From a virus, in the IMG/VR virus record IMGVR_UViG_3300045988_179183: a DNA stretch of 64,000 bases. One strand, 5' to 3'. A program made the position numbers and the translations under genes. Positions 25,567-34,709 of the stretch are shown here, one piece after another. The notes beneath the pieces were generated by a model. It was not told the DNA's origin, made no database searches, and worked only from the letters and a program-made list of their open reading frames with translations. The first letter of the stretch is position 1. Each line of letters opens with the position of its first letter.

Positions 25567-26981
25567 ACAACCCTCCCTTTCTGTTCGTTTGAATTAGATC
25601 TTGTTCGTTTTCTCCCACCACCATGTGTGTGTGTAATTTTTAAATCATAGAATTCCTCTAGGGTTCTCTTTCTATCATAGAACCGTCCGGCGTTATAATT
25701 CGTTGCCACTTTAAAAACAGGATCGATATTTTCATAATCACGGACCTTATCCTTGAAAATCCTACAAGTTTTATGTTTCACCTCCTCTAATGTTTGATTA
25801 ATAGAAAATACCCAACTAAAAGGTTGAACAACAGTTCTATCACCTTCCGCGTAGCTTCGATCTATAACTTTTTCTTCGTCATTCCAAACTTCAAAAGGAA
25901 CATCACCCGTCTGAATCGCGGTTACACAGGACATACTGAATTCCTCACACATATTTTTCAATCTTTTTCCACACTCCTGAAACTTATATTTTGGTCGGGG
26001 GTCATTATCAAAACTCGGTATACCCGTTCTTATCAGGTTAAATGAATCTATGATTAAAATCCTAGGAAACTTACCCACTAATTTCTTATATTCGAGGCAT
26101 ATCGTCCTCACATCAAGAATGGTCGCATCACCAAATTTCTTGAAACTGTAAATTTTAATATCATTCGCATAGGATTCTATATCCTTCAATGTCTTATGTA
26201 AATCATCAAGCTCATCCTGGGTGAAATTATCCTCCTTCAAATCGGTATACGTCTTAAAGGTCCACATCTGGGAATATTTCATATGTATTTTCTCTTTCGC
26301 CTCCTCACATTGGATATGAAGAACGTCTGCCCCGGTAAGTGCGGATGTTAACCCCCTCCATCGTAACACTGTTGACTTTCCCACCCCGGATCTGGCCAAC
26401 CATAACTCAGTGTCGCCCACATCAATTCCCCCGTATTTATCATCAAGTGCATCTATTCCGAATGCAACAGGAGGCTGCTGCTCTGTTTTTTCGGCCCAAT
26501 CTTTCCGGCATTTATCAAAATCACTAAACACCCCTAAAAACATCTCCGACTGAGCCCTTAATGAAAATTCCAAAATCCTCGTACTTTCCTCCTTGCTTAA
26601 CCTCATCGCCTCTTCTTTTTTTCCTTCACCATAAAGATCAACGATGGCCTTGTTAAGGAGAAGAAATTCACTGTCACGAATATAGCTTTCAAGTTGATTT
26701 AAAAGGACTTCGTCATCAACAATTTGAGATTCCTTTATCTGATCAACCGCGAGTTGAACAGACTCCATGTCACTATATTTTTGGGAGATAACCCCCAGTG
26801 AAGGTATTTTATCATATTGGTGAAACTGTTCTTTCGCATCCTTCAAAATAAATTTATACCCCACTTCCTCTTTAGGAATAAATTTAAAATCAAGGTGTCT
26901 GTCAACAATAAACATCATTTCCTTGCTTAGAAACATTTTCCGAAACAGTTCACCTAAAAAATTTGCGTTTATTTTTTCCAT
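25563..26981 (-). CDS. DnaB-like replicative helicase
   Basis: Walker A WLARSGVGKSTVL, Walker B ILIIDSFNLI, RecA-fold C-terminal half. The likely start is MEKINANF at 26981 (1 nt after the TerL stop) rather than the ORF-track start at 27005. Confidence 0.7.
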   Translation of the reverse strand: MEKINANFLGELFRKMFLSKEMMFIVDRHLDFKFIPKEEVGYKFILKDAKEQFHQYDKIPSLGVISQKYSDMESVQLAVDQIKESQIVDDEVLLNQLESYIRDSEFLLLNKAIVDLYGEGKKEEAMRLSKEESTRILEFSLRAQSEMFLGVFSDFDKCRKDWAEKTEQQPPVAFGIDALDDKYGGIDVGDTELWLARSGVGKSTVLRWRGLTSALTGADVLHIQCEEAKEKIHMKYSQMWTFKTYTDLKEDNFTQDELDDLHKTLKDIESYANDIKIYSFKKFGDATILDVRTICLEYKKLVGKFPRILIIDSFNLIRTGIPSFDNDPRPKYKFQECGKRLKNMCEEFSMSCVTAIQTGDVPFEVWNDEEKVIDRSYAEGDRTVVQPFSWVFSINQTLEEVKHKTCRIFKDKVRDYENIDPVFKVATNYNAGRFYDRKRTLEEFYDLKITHTHGGGRKRTRSNSNEQKGRVV

Positions 26982-26982
26982 A

Positions 26983-29900
26983 TCAATCCAAATCAACAAA
27001 ATCAATCATTGCCTGTACGTTGTTTTCCCTCAAATCTTGTATTGCCATGAACGATGACATACATATATCATCATGTCCACAAACTGATTCAAGAGTCCCT
27101 TTCTTTGAGTTAAACGCGATTGAATTAAATTCACCAAACATCGTATCAACCAACTTTCGTGTGTTTTCATCTCCGTAAGGCACCCTCAAACGTGCACTTT
27201 CAAAAAACGCTGATAGTGAGGGTAGACCTGATTTCAGATCCTTTTTATTCCCTTCAGTTGTGATAAATTCCTCGACATTAACTAATCCCCTCTCTTTCGC
27301 CATACCCGCAAGAATTCTTTGAAATCCATTCGACTCACACACGGATTTGTTCGGTTTATATCTCGCGTTAAATTCAATAAGTTTATTCACTTGAAGATCA
27401 TGGCTCGCACCCTGCTCTCTAAATATATTTATAAGATATATCAATCCGTGTGCATCCATACCCCATACAGTGTATACTGTATAATCGGCACCCACATTAC
27501 CCGATATCGCAAAATCACATCCCACGACAACCCTGACTAACTTTATGGGGTAACTTTCTATATCATTTGCGAAACTGATATGTTCCATCCCACGTATCGA
27601 TCTTTTCAGAAATTCATACGGGAAAATCGTTGACGTGTCCGCGATCGGCACAACTAGATATTCTCGGTTGAAAACTAACGTTCCAAGTGATTTCCGTTCC
27701 TCCGTTAACCTTTTAAACGTAAGACGATCAGGTGCTAACAGTTGACCATTTGGGAAAACCGCCGGGTATTCAAATACCTTGAATCGGCCATCTTTTTTTA
27801 AATCCCCGTAAATATCCGTTGCCGAATACGGTGTGTTGTGTGATATTATCCCATTCGAAATAAACCGATGAGAAATTGGGATTTTGAAATCAACGGTGTA
27901 AGACTCACTCTCAATTATCGATTTTATCGGTGCGAAATGATACTTCAAATTCATATTACTCAAAATAATCTGAACATCAGGATCATTTTGAGGTAAAGAT
28001 AAAATCCATTTTTTTATCGGTCCGTTCATTCTTTTAAAAGAATGAACTTTCGTATAAAAATCCCCCGATCTCATACCGTAAAATTTCATCTTATCATTAC
28101 CCAACGGATATTTTGATCGAATCTTTCTTAATATCACCGATTGAAACGGTATTCCTTTATCAATGCAAGAGGATTCTCTCCTAGTTTCTCGCGGAACCTT
28201 CCCTTTTCCTGAATAAGTGAACCCGATTTTCTCCATGAATAGTTTCACGCTCGAATTTTTGCTTATAACCAAATTGTATCCTGTTCGGTTTGATTTAACT
28301 AATTCGGTTGATTGGCATTTTTTCTTCTCAATACGTGAATCAATCCCCATGTTAAGAAGAAGTATTTGAATCTGCTGGATTAAACGAAAGCTCGTTGAAA
28401 AATAGCTTACATTTATTCCTTTATCTGAACGATGTCCGTGATAGCAGCATCCATCGCCATCAAAACACCCTCGAAGAAACCATATAACATCCTCCTCGGA
28501 CGCACTCATGATTTTATCAGGAATTGTCTTGGTATGCGAATACATCCCTTTTCGATACCCTAAACTCAACCACGTGGAGATTTTCTCCTTGCTATTAAAC
28601 GACATCCCTATGTGATTTTTCTTAGGGTGATACCCCCTCTCATTAATCAGAAAATTTCTTATACCGGGATTCTTTTTTGTTATCGTGACCCTATTTCCAT
28701 AACCACTTAAATCCAACGTACCGTCCGCTATACAAAGCCCGATTTCATAAAGCTCCTCCCCTTCTATACCAAGAGAACGACCCCAAATATTTGACCCCAT
28801 CTTAAACGCGACAAAATCTCCTTCATACAAATCTTTCGCGTTAACCCATTCGAATAAGCCCGTTTCCGAATTACATCTAAGTAAAGGATGAATGAAACTT
28901 GTTTCAATCTCCAATCCGTTTGAAAGGGTTATGATTTTTGTGGGGGTTTTTCCGTTTACGTAATAGTCTGTCGCGTTAACAAATCCCTCACCATCATGAA
29001 TGTTCATATCAAGAGGGAAAAACCCCTTCTCTCTTTCAATATTAACAGGAGATAATTTGCCAATTTCAGTTAAACCGTTTTCGGTAAACACGTACGTATC
29101 TGGTCTCACACAACCGAGTACACATAAATAGCCGAACGGTTCCACGATCGGAGTGATTGACCCGTAAAAAACTTCATGAAGCTTCTCCCTTTGCTCTTGT
29201 GAATACAACGAACTTTCATCAGGCAGGTCGTCGCATACGACGGCACCAACGTGAAGACCTCGAATCATGGAATCTTTCGATCTCAAATGGAGGATTGAAT
29301 CTGTTTCAGTCGTGATTGATGTCGCGGCTAACTTAGCTTTTCCGTTGCGATTCAATTTCTCCCGAAGAATATCATTTTGCTCTATCTCGGAAATAATCAT
29401 CGCGATGTGTTTCTTGCCGAGTGTTTCATTATTCGTAATCATACACGTTTCCTTACGATTCTTATTGTCGATACTATCCCTAAGAAACGTGGTTGGTCGG
29501 TCATAAGAATATAACCTCCATAAAATGAATGCAAAACACCCCTCGTAACTATTATGTACAACGGTCCCATCTTTCAAGAGAAAAAGGTGATCTCCGTCAC
29601 AAGAAAAACCAACATAATCGCCATCACCGATACATTCAACCTTGAGAGAGGTTGATAAATTATCCTGCACCGTGATTTTTGAAGGTATCTTCTTTCTTTC
29701 TATTTTCACAGGAATTTCATCAACATCTCCCGAAATTGTTATCCTGTAATGAGTATAATCATGAAGGATGTTTTCACCCTTTAATGTTTTCACCTTTACA
29801 TCTGCCGTCCGAGTTATAATCGAATTACATCTGAATCCCAATGATTGAGCAAGTCTTTGCGTTTGCTCTATTAAATTCCTGTCCTTAAACCCAATTTCAA

Positions 29901-30996
29901 AAGCATATTTACTTCGAGGATTTCCTTTTTTATACTGGGATGAACCGTCAGTATCAATTAACCCGGCTAAAAGTTTCAACCGTTGTTCCCTTGATCCAAG
30001 AAGATAAATTTCAGGTATATGCTTATTACCAAGAACCCCTAAATCTTTAAGAGCGGTTTTTAGGCGGTTTTTGAATAACCTTTCTTTTTCAATAATTCGA
30101 TATGAATATTTATTTGAATTATGTTTTGACAAAATAAAACCGTTTTTCTCACAAAATTCATTTAAATATTCAATTATTTCATGATCAATAGTTGTCACTA
30201 CGGGTTCCGTGTATAAACCATCACCCAACCACAACCCCAATAAATACGGATCAACAGGAAGGTCTTTTTCAGGAAGGTCCCACCCCTTCGTTCTATACCC
30301 CATTATTTTTCTCTGAGTGTACCCTGGCATAGAGGGGATCTCCTCAACGGGAATATTAAAGGTTTTCCAGCGCATATCTTTCCCAATACGTTTTTCATAT
30401 CGAGATGGAACCTTCTTTTTGCAACAAACAATATGACCCTCGTTTACAACGTAATCAATACCCCATGTTTGTTTCACTTTCCACATTCTCGATCTACCTT
30501 TGTGTAAAGATAAAACGGTTCTTGGTTTTGAATCGGGCCCCATAACTTGATCTCCGATCGAAACATCCTTTATCTTGCGAATCGTTCCATCAGCCATCAC
30601 TATTTCTGTCTCGGGAGATAAACACTTTCCCGATGAGCGGCTCGCTAAAATGCAGTTATACAAATATAACTGGAATAGGTTACCCCATTCAAGGTTTCTC
30701 CATCCCTGTCGAAACGTTGGAAGACAAACAGTTTTAAAATAATTATAACTCTGCTTACGTAGCGAGAGGTCCATGCTCTTCTCCACGTTGGCGAGATATT
30801 CCAGTTTTTCCATGTCAAGAGTTCTATCCATGTGGGTAACGATGCATGTTTGTTCTCTCATCACGGATAGAAGCCGATCCAAATCATTTTCATAACCTGA
30901 AAGTAACTCTTGGATCGCCTTCGGTGGTAAACTCGATATTATCTCCCTGACGTAGTTATCTATATAGCTTTCTTGTACGGGAGATAATAACATCAT
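26983..30996 (-). CDS. terL: Terminase large subunit (TerL) interrupted by two inteins
   Basis: The exteins (124+146+283 aa = 553 aa) carry Walker A ILASRSSGK|S, Walker B GAVVCDDLPDES, the coupling motif VLG|TPYS, and the RNase-H-like nuclease motif VVVGCDFAISGNVGADYTVYTVWG ... HDDICMS. Confidence 0.85.
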   Translation of the reverse strand: MMLLSPVQESYIDNYVREIISSLPPKAIQELLSGYENDLDRLLSVMREQTCIVTHMDRTLDMEKLEYLANVEKSMDLSLRKQSYNYFKTVCLPTFRQGWRNLEWGNLFQLYLYNCILASRSSGKCLSPETEIVMADGTIRKIKDVSIGDQVMGPDSKPRTVLSLHKGRSRMWKVKQTWGIDYVVNEGHIVCCKKKVPSRYEKRIGKDMRWKTFNIPVEEIPSMPGYTQRKIMGYRTKGWDLPEKDLPVDPYLLGLWLGDGLYTEPVVTTIDHEIIEYLNEFCEKNGFILSKHNSNKYSYRIIEKERLFKNRLKTALKDLGVLGNKHIPEIYLLGSREQRLKLLAGLIDTDGSSQYKKGNPRSKYAFEIGFKDRNLIEQTQRLAQSLGFRCNSIITRTADVKVKTLKGENILHDYTHYRITISGDVDEIPVKIERKKIPSKITVQDNLSTSLKVECIGDGDYVGFSCDGDHLFLLKDGTVVHNSYEGCFAFILWRLYSYDRPTTFLRDSIDNKNRKETCMITNNETLGKKHIAMIISEIEQNDILREKLNRNGKAKLAATSITTETDSILHLRSKDSMIRGLHVGAVVCDDLPDESSLYSQEQREKLHEVFYGSITPIVEPFGYLCVLGCVRPDTYVFTENGLTEIGKLSPVNIEREKGFFPLDMNIHDGEGFVNATDYYVNGKTPTKIITLSNGLEIETSFIHPLLRCNSETGLFEWVNAKDLYEGDFVAFKMGSNIWGRSLGIEGEELYEIGLCIADGTLDLSGYGNRVTITKKNPGIRNFLINERGYHPKKNHIGMSFNSKEKISTWLSLGYRKGMYSHTKTIPDKIMSASEEDVIWFLRGCFDGDGCCYHGHRSDKGINVSYFSTSFRLIQQIQILLLNMGIDSRIEKKKCQSTELVKSNRTGYNLVISKNSSVKLFMEKIGFTYSGKGKVPRETRRESSCIDKGIPFQSVILRKIRSKYPLGNDKMKFYGMRSGDFYTKVHSFKRMNGPIKKWILSLPQNDPDVQIILSNMNLKYHFAPIKSIIESESYTVDFKIPISHRFISNGIISHNTPYSATDIYGDLKKDGRFKVFEYPAVFPNGQLLAPDRLTFKRLTEERKSLGTLVFNREYLVVPIADTSTIFPYEFLKRSIRGMEHISFANDIESYPIKLVRVVVGCDFAISGNVGADYTVYTVWGMDAHGLIYLINIFREQGASHDLQVNKLIEFNARYKPNKSVCESNGFQRILAGMAKERGLVNVEEFITTEGNKKDLKSGLPSLSAFFESARLRVPYGDENTRKLVDTMFGEFNSIAFNSKKGTLESVCGHDDICMSSFMAIQDLRENNVQAMIDFVDLD
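27835..29112 (-). mobile_element. TerL intein 2 (426 aa, LAGLIDADG) in the ATPase coupling motif
   Basis: Starts CVRPDTYVFTENGLTEIGKL (Cys codon 29112-29110). Block B IETSFIHPLL. LAGLIDADG blocks IGLCIADGTL and FLRGCFDGDGC. Ends SNGIISHN with +1 Thr (27834-27832). Confidence 0.88.
29551..30624 (-). mobile_element. TerL intein 1 (358 aa, LAGLIDADG) in the Walker A P-loop
   Basis: Starts CLSPETEIVMADGTIRKIKDVSIGDQV (Cys codon 30624-30622). LAGLIDADG blocks LLGLWLGDGL and LLAGLIDTDGS. Ends LKDGTVVHN with +1 Ser (29550-29548). Confidence 0.88.
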
Positions 30997-31655
30997 GATG
31001 GTATCTGAAATTTAAATTGTTCCCTGAAAGATCCCTCACCGTTTGATTGGGATGCTACACCTTCTCCTCTCAATTTTTTGATATACGTGATAAAAAGCTG
31101 AGCGTTCGATCTTGTATCATAGATCGCCCTGTGGGCCCCCACCAAGGCTATATCGTTATTACTACAACATGTCGCAAGCTTATAATCCTGCTGTTCAAGA
31201 GATGAGTAATAAGCTAATTTCTGCGTGTCCTCAACCCATTTCACATATTTCCACACATCATCACCGTAATATTTGAATAATTCGATCGTGAAAGGGTGGT
31301 CAAACCCCGTGAAATTATGTCCGCATACAATTGCTCCCTGACGCGGATTCTTATATTTCACATACAAATCTTTTATCTCCTTGTAAATGATTTTCGGATC
31401 TTTTCCTTGTTCGTCCAACATATCAAGTGTGAGACCGTTCACCTCCAGCGCTTTAGGTGCGTAGACAAGACCATCTTTGTAATGAGGCTTAAATAATGAT
31501 TGGTACTCTTCAATCACCTCCAACTTTTCCATATCAACGACAACGCACGCCACCTCGCATAACGCTATATCAATGAACGGTTGATGGTCTTTATCGGGTA
31601 ATCCCCCGGTCTCATAATCTTGAACGATTACATATTTTACACTACTTTTCGCCAT
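30993..31655 (-). CDS. DnaQ-like 3'-5' exonuclease (DEDDh)
   Basis: 220 aa. ExoI VIVQDYETGG, ExoII VCGHNFTGFDHPF, ExoIII GAHRAIYDTRSNAQLF. Confidence 0.8.
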   Translation of the reverse strand: MAKSSVKYVIVQDYETGGLPDKDHQPFIDIALCEVACVVVDMEKLEVIEEYQSLFKPHYKDGLVYAPKALEVNGLTLDMLDEQGKDPKIIYKEIKDLYVKYKNPRQGAIVCGHNFTGFDHPFTIELFKYYGDDVWKYVKWVEDTQKLAYYSSLEQQDYKLATCCSNNDIALVGAHRAIYDTRSNAQLFITYIKKLRGEGVASQSNGEGSFREQFKFQIPS

Positions 31656-31899
31656 TTTCTTTCAATAAATTATACGTTTTTATTCTTGGATCTTTTTTTG
31701 AGATCACCTTTTCAATCCTATTTCCTCCCAAATACTTAGGTAGACGGCCCCTATTGCAATACGCTTTCACATCGTGAATAGTGAATTCCTTCGCTACACC
31801 CGACCCTTCCGTGGAAACGGGGGTTTTCATTTTATTCTCATTTAACCAATCTCTCAATGTTGAAAGAGTAACTCCCTCCAAAACAAACTTATTATCCAT
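31642..31899 (-). CDS. hypothetical protein (possible small HTH protein)
   Basis: 85-aa ORF overlapping both neighbours. LSTLRDWLNENKMK is weakly HTH-like. Confidence 0.5.
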   Translation of the reverse strand: MDNKFVLEGVTLSTLRDWLNENKMKTPVSTEGSGVAKEFTIHDVKAYCNRGRLPKYLGGNRIEKVISKKDPRIKTYNLLKENGEK

Positions 31900-32410
31900 T
31901 CTTTCTTCTTACTATTAAATCAAAATCATCATCACGGTCGTGTTCATCCGTATACGATAATACGGTGTTGTAAATTAACGGTCGACGCGTGACGTCCAAA
32001 CTCCCCCTATTCAACAATATGGCCGGATTCCCATTTTCATCCTCGGTTTTCTCCCACGAGAAAATCTCAGATACCTTGATACAGGTATAATTAAAATCTC
32101 TAAACAAAAGAGCCGTCCCTTTAGTTGACACCGAAACCCCACCCACTAATTTTTTAGTGGGTATGTTTAACGATAATCTCGTTAATTTCTCTTCAATATC
32201 CTTATCACTCACTGTCTTGTACTTCCTAAAAACATGGAAAACTTCTTCTTTTCCACATTTTTTAAGAATTTCCAGCAATAACATGATTATTCTGATATCA
32301 CTATTGGATATCGGATTGATATATCGATCACCGAACATTTCGCGGTGGAGATCCGTCATATTCTTGATAACTTCCTCATTCATGATGTAAAAATACGATT
32401 TTAAATTCAA
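31892..32410 (-). CDS. hypothetical protein
   Basis: 172-aa co-directional ORF. No motif. Confidence 0.6.
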   Translation of the reverse strand: MNLKSYFYIMNEEVIKNMTDLHREMFGDRYINPISNSDIRIIMLLLEILKKCGKEEVFHVFRKYKTVSDKDIEEKLTRLSLNIPTKKLVGGVSVSTKGTALLFRDFNYTCIKVSEIFSWEKTEDENGNPAILLNRGSLDVTRRPLIYNTVLSYTDEHDRDDDFDLIVRRKNG

Positions 32411-32420
32411 TAAACAAAGT

Positions 32421-32876
32421 TTATTCCTTTTTTCTTTTTAAAAAAGCCTCACGTGATCTGAAATCATGGGTGTAATGACAATCAATACACCATAACTTGA
32501 TATTATCCTCGTTCAATCTTTCCTCCGTGTGAGCACCCTTACCCTTCACATGTGCAAAAAATTGTACTCGAGGTTCTTCTCCTAGATAACAACCACAATG
32601 TTCGCAATAATGAGGCCTCAATTTCCATATTTTAAGAAACAAATCCTTCTCACCCGTTGCCTTACGAGGTTTTCGTTTTATGGGGGTGGGTTTCAACCGT
32701 CCGGGTGTGAATGATGATGGCACGCTCACGCGGCCTAATCTCTCCCTGTTACAATAATCGCATAATCCGTACTTCTTATTCACTATATAGGTCTCCCTCC
32801 CGCATTTATGACAAACACCTCTACTCTTTAGCATATATTTCGTTCCAATTACAGGTTGTGATTGGTAATCCCTCAC
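32421..32876 (-). CDS. HNH/NinG-like zinc-binding nuclease
   Basis: 151 aa. CHKCGRE...CDYCNRE, then CEHCGCYL...FAHVKGKGAHTEERLNEDNIKLWCIDCH (HNH His...Asn...CxxCH pattern). Basic linker KRKPRK. Confidence 0.55.
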   Translation of the reverse strand: MRDYQSQPVIGTKYMLKSRGVCHKCGRETYIVNKKYGLCDYCNRERLGRVSVPSSFTPGRLKPTPIKRKPRKATGEKDLFLKIWKLRPHYCEHCGCYLGEEPRVQFFAHVKGKGAHTEERLNEDNIKLWCIDCHYTHDFRSREAFLKRKKE

Positions 32877-32929
32877 TAATCATTCCACCAAAAGTAATTT
32901 CAATCTGATTTAATATATACTCCTCCATG

Positions 32930-33430
32930 TTAACAACAATGTTTTTTATATTTACAATTCTTACAAAACGGGTTTGCCTCATCGTAAAGAACACCCCCGA
33001 AATCCAAACAATTCAAATACCCCCGTGATGTGTTCCAATACATTTTACGCTGTTTGTTTTTATAATCCTCCGACAGCTTCAACGAATAACTTTCTCTAAG
33101 AGGGTTTTTTATCGTTTTGGACTCCTTGTATTGCTGGAGGTAATATATTTGCTCCTCCGTCCTTTCATTATAGCGTAAATACATTTTTTCACTATAAATC
33201 CAATTCAATTCGATGTGGCGTCGTGTTAGGAGACCCTCATAGCACCAAAAAGCGTACACGGAATAATTCCATATAAAACTATCACCGCTGCTAATGGGTA
33301 TCAACTTTGTGAACTTCGAGAGCATCCTTAGATTTCTCGAAGTTCTGGGTAAACGATATTCGGGTTGCAAGTACTTTCTTTGGTATAAATACTCAAAAAC
33401 GCGAATTATCTTATATACAGGAACCATCAC
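32930..33430 (-). CDS. hypothetical protein with Cys-rich C-terminus
   Basis: 166 aa. Ends FCKNCKYKKHCC. Confidence 0.55.
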   Translation of the reverse strand: MMVPVYKIIRVFEYLYQRKYLQPEYRLPRTSRNLRMLSKFTKLIPISSGDSFIWNYSVYAFWCYEGLLTRRHIELNWIYSEKMYLRYNERTEEQIYYLQQYKESKTIKNPLRESYSLKLSEDYKNKQRKMYWNTSRGYLNCLDFGGVLYDEANPFCKNCKYKKHCC

Positions 33431-34036
33431 CTATTTTTTGAACCGACCTAATTCGGCTCTCAGAGATTCAATGTTCGTACAAGGATCGTTAGATTCAAGA
33501 CCCCTCACTTTCAAATAGGCCTCGTATGCTTCAGGAAAATTATCCTTCAATGAATTTTCTGTTGTTATCCCTGATAGTGCGCAATCGATCTGATTTTTTA
33601 GACTAAAAATCTTGTGGGTTAATCGAGCCCATGCTAAAACAAGCTCGAACACTTTGTTTAAAACAGCCTCATCTTTCGCTATAAGACTGATGATATTTGC
33701 CTTTGATTTTCTCTCAAAATCATACCTATATGGTATATCAGAAAAGTCAATCGATTCGACATACATCCCCTCGATTTTTTTACGTTCAGGTAATCTCGAC
33801 CAATCACCTTTAATATTGAAAAAATCACGAGGACCGTACCACTCAGAATCTTTCGAAATTAAACCGGGATATTTTTCATGAAACTTAATCACCTCGTCGG
33901 GAGCTTTACCTTGTATAAAAGACGAAATCTCATCTTTTATGTTTTTACGAATTTCATTCACTTCTTTCCGAGTCGGTTCAAGAAGTTTGTTCCTAATAGC
34001 CTCTCTCTCGGCCTTATTTAATCTTTTCACTGCCAT
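33431..34036 (-). CDS. hypothetical protein
   Basis: 201-aa ORF, first gene after a conserved-box promoter. Confidence 0.6.
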   Translation of the reverse strand: MAVKRLNKAEREAIRNKLLEPTRKEVNEIRKNIKDEISSFIQGKAPDEVIKFHEKYPGLISKDSEWYGPRDFFNIKGDWSRLPERKKIEGMYVESIDFSDIPYRYDFERKSKANIISLIAKDEAVLNKVFELVLAWARLTHKIFSLKNQIDCALSGITTENSLKDNFPEAYEAYLKVRGLESNDPCTNIESLRAELGRFKK

Positions 34037-34069
34037 AATTAATTGGTATTAATATTAATTTTAACAGGA

Positions 34070-34100
34070 TAAAGATACACAATGTTTATCTATTTGCCAA
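34070..34100 (-). promoter_or_regulatory. Bacteroidota-type promoter, conserved-box class (copy 5)
   Basis: Minus strand reads TTGG-N19-TATCTTTA within GATAAACATTGTGTATCTTTATCCTGTT. It lies 34 nt upstream of the CDS start at 34036. Confidence 0.6.
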
Positions 34101-34104
34101 CAAT

Positions 34105-34128
34105 AAAAGGAGGAATTTTCCTCCTTTT
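34105..34128 (-). terminator. Rho-independent terminator ending the structural (late) transcription unit
   Basis: Near-perfect hairpin aaaaggagga-attt-tcctcctttt. The minus strand continues TTTTATTG. It lies 8 nt after the stop at 34136. Confidence 0.7.
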
Positions 34129-34135
34129 ATATCTT

Positions 34136-34699
34136 TTAATTCCACTCAACATTTAATTGCCAACTCTCATCGGTTTCTTTCTTCACACTCTCAAACCAAT
34201 ACAATTTATTCTCCATCGGTTTTGCCACATCCCTATAATCTTTCATCACATTATCGGTATCTATCTGCCTGCACACCCATATACCGATAGATCCATTGGG
34301 AGGTATCGCCCCTATATTAAGTTTATTCTCGGAATCAGTCGTTTGAAAATCTCCGACAAAAGGTTTTGAATAGATATCCGGGATTCTTTCCATGACGGGT
34401 CTCCCCTCCTTATCAACATTCATGGCAACGGGAGCGATCAGGAGAGTTCCTTGATTTAATTCACCCGCTGTTGTCATATATAATGTCACATCCGTCGCCT
34501 CCTGATCCGAATCATTAACGAGGACGAGGGCCCGGTATTCAGTTTTAGCTTTCGATGCCCCGTACACGGAGATTTCACCGAATAAATTATCAAACTCATC
34601 ATTTCTCACGGTTAACTCTGATATATAACCGCCGATCGATCCACTCGGTCTATTAGGCCCTTGACCCGAATTCAAACTCGTTGTATAACACAATTTCAT
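34136..34699 (-). CDS. hypothetical structural protein (tail-fibre module)
   Basis: ORF 34136..34747. The internal start MKLCYTT at 34699 avoids a 38-nt overlap. Last gene of the tail-fibre cluster. Confidence 0.55.
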   Translation of the reverse strand: MKLCYTTSLNSGQGPNRPSGSIGGYISELTVRNDEFDNLFGEISVYGASKAKTEYRALVLVNDSDQEATDVTLYMTTAGELNQGTLLIAPVAMNVDKEGRPVMERIPDIYSKPFVGDFQTTDSENKLNIGAIPPNGSIGIWVCRQIDTDNVMKDYRDVAKPMENKLYWFESVKKETDESWQLNVEWN

Positions 34700-34709
34700 T
34701 TTTCTTCTC

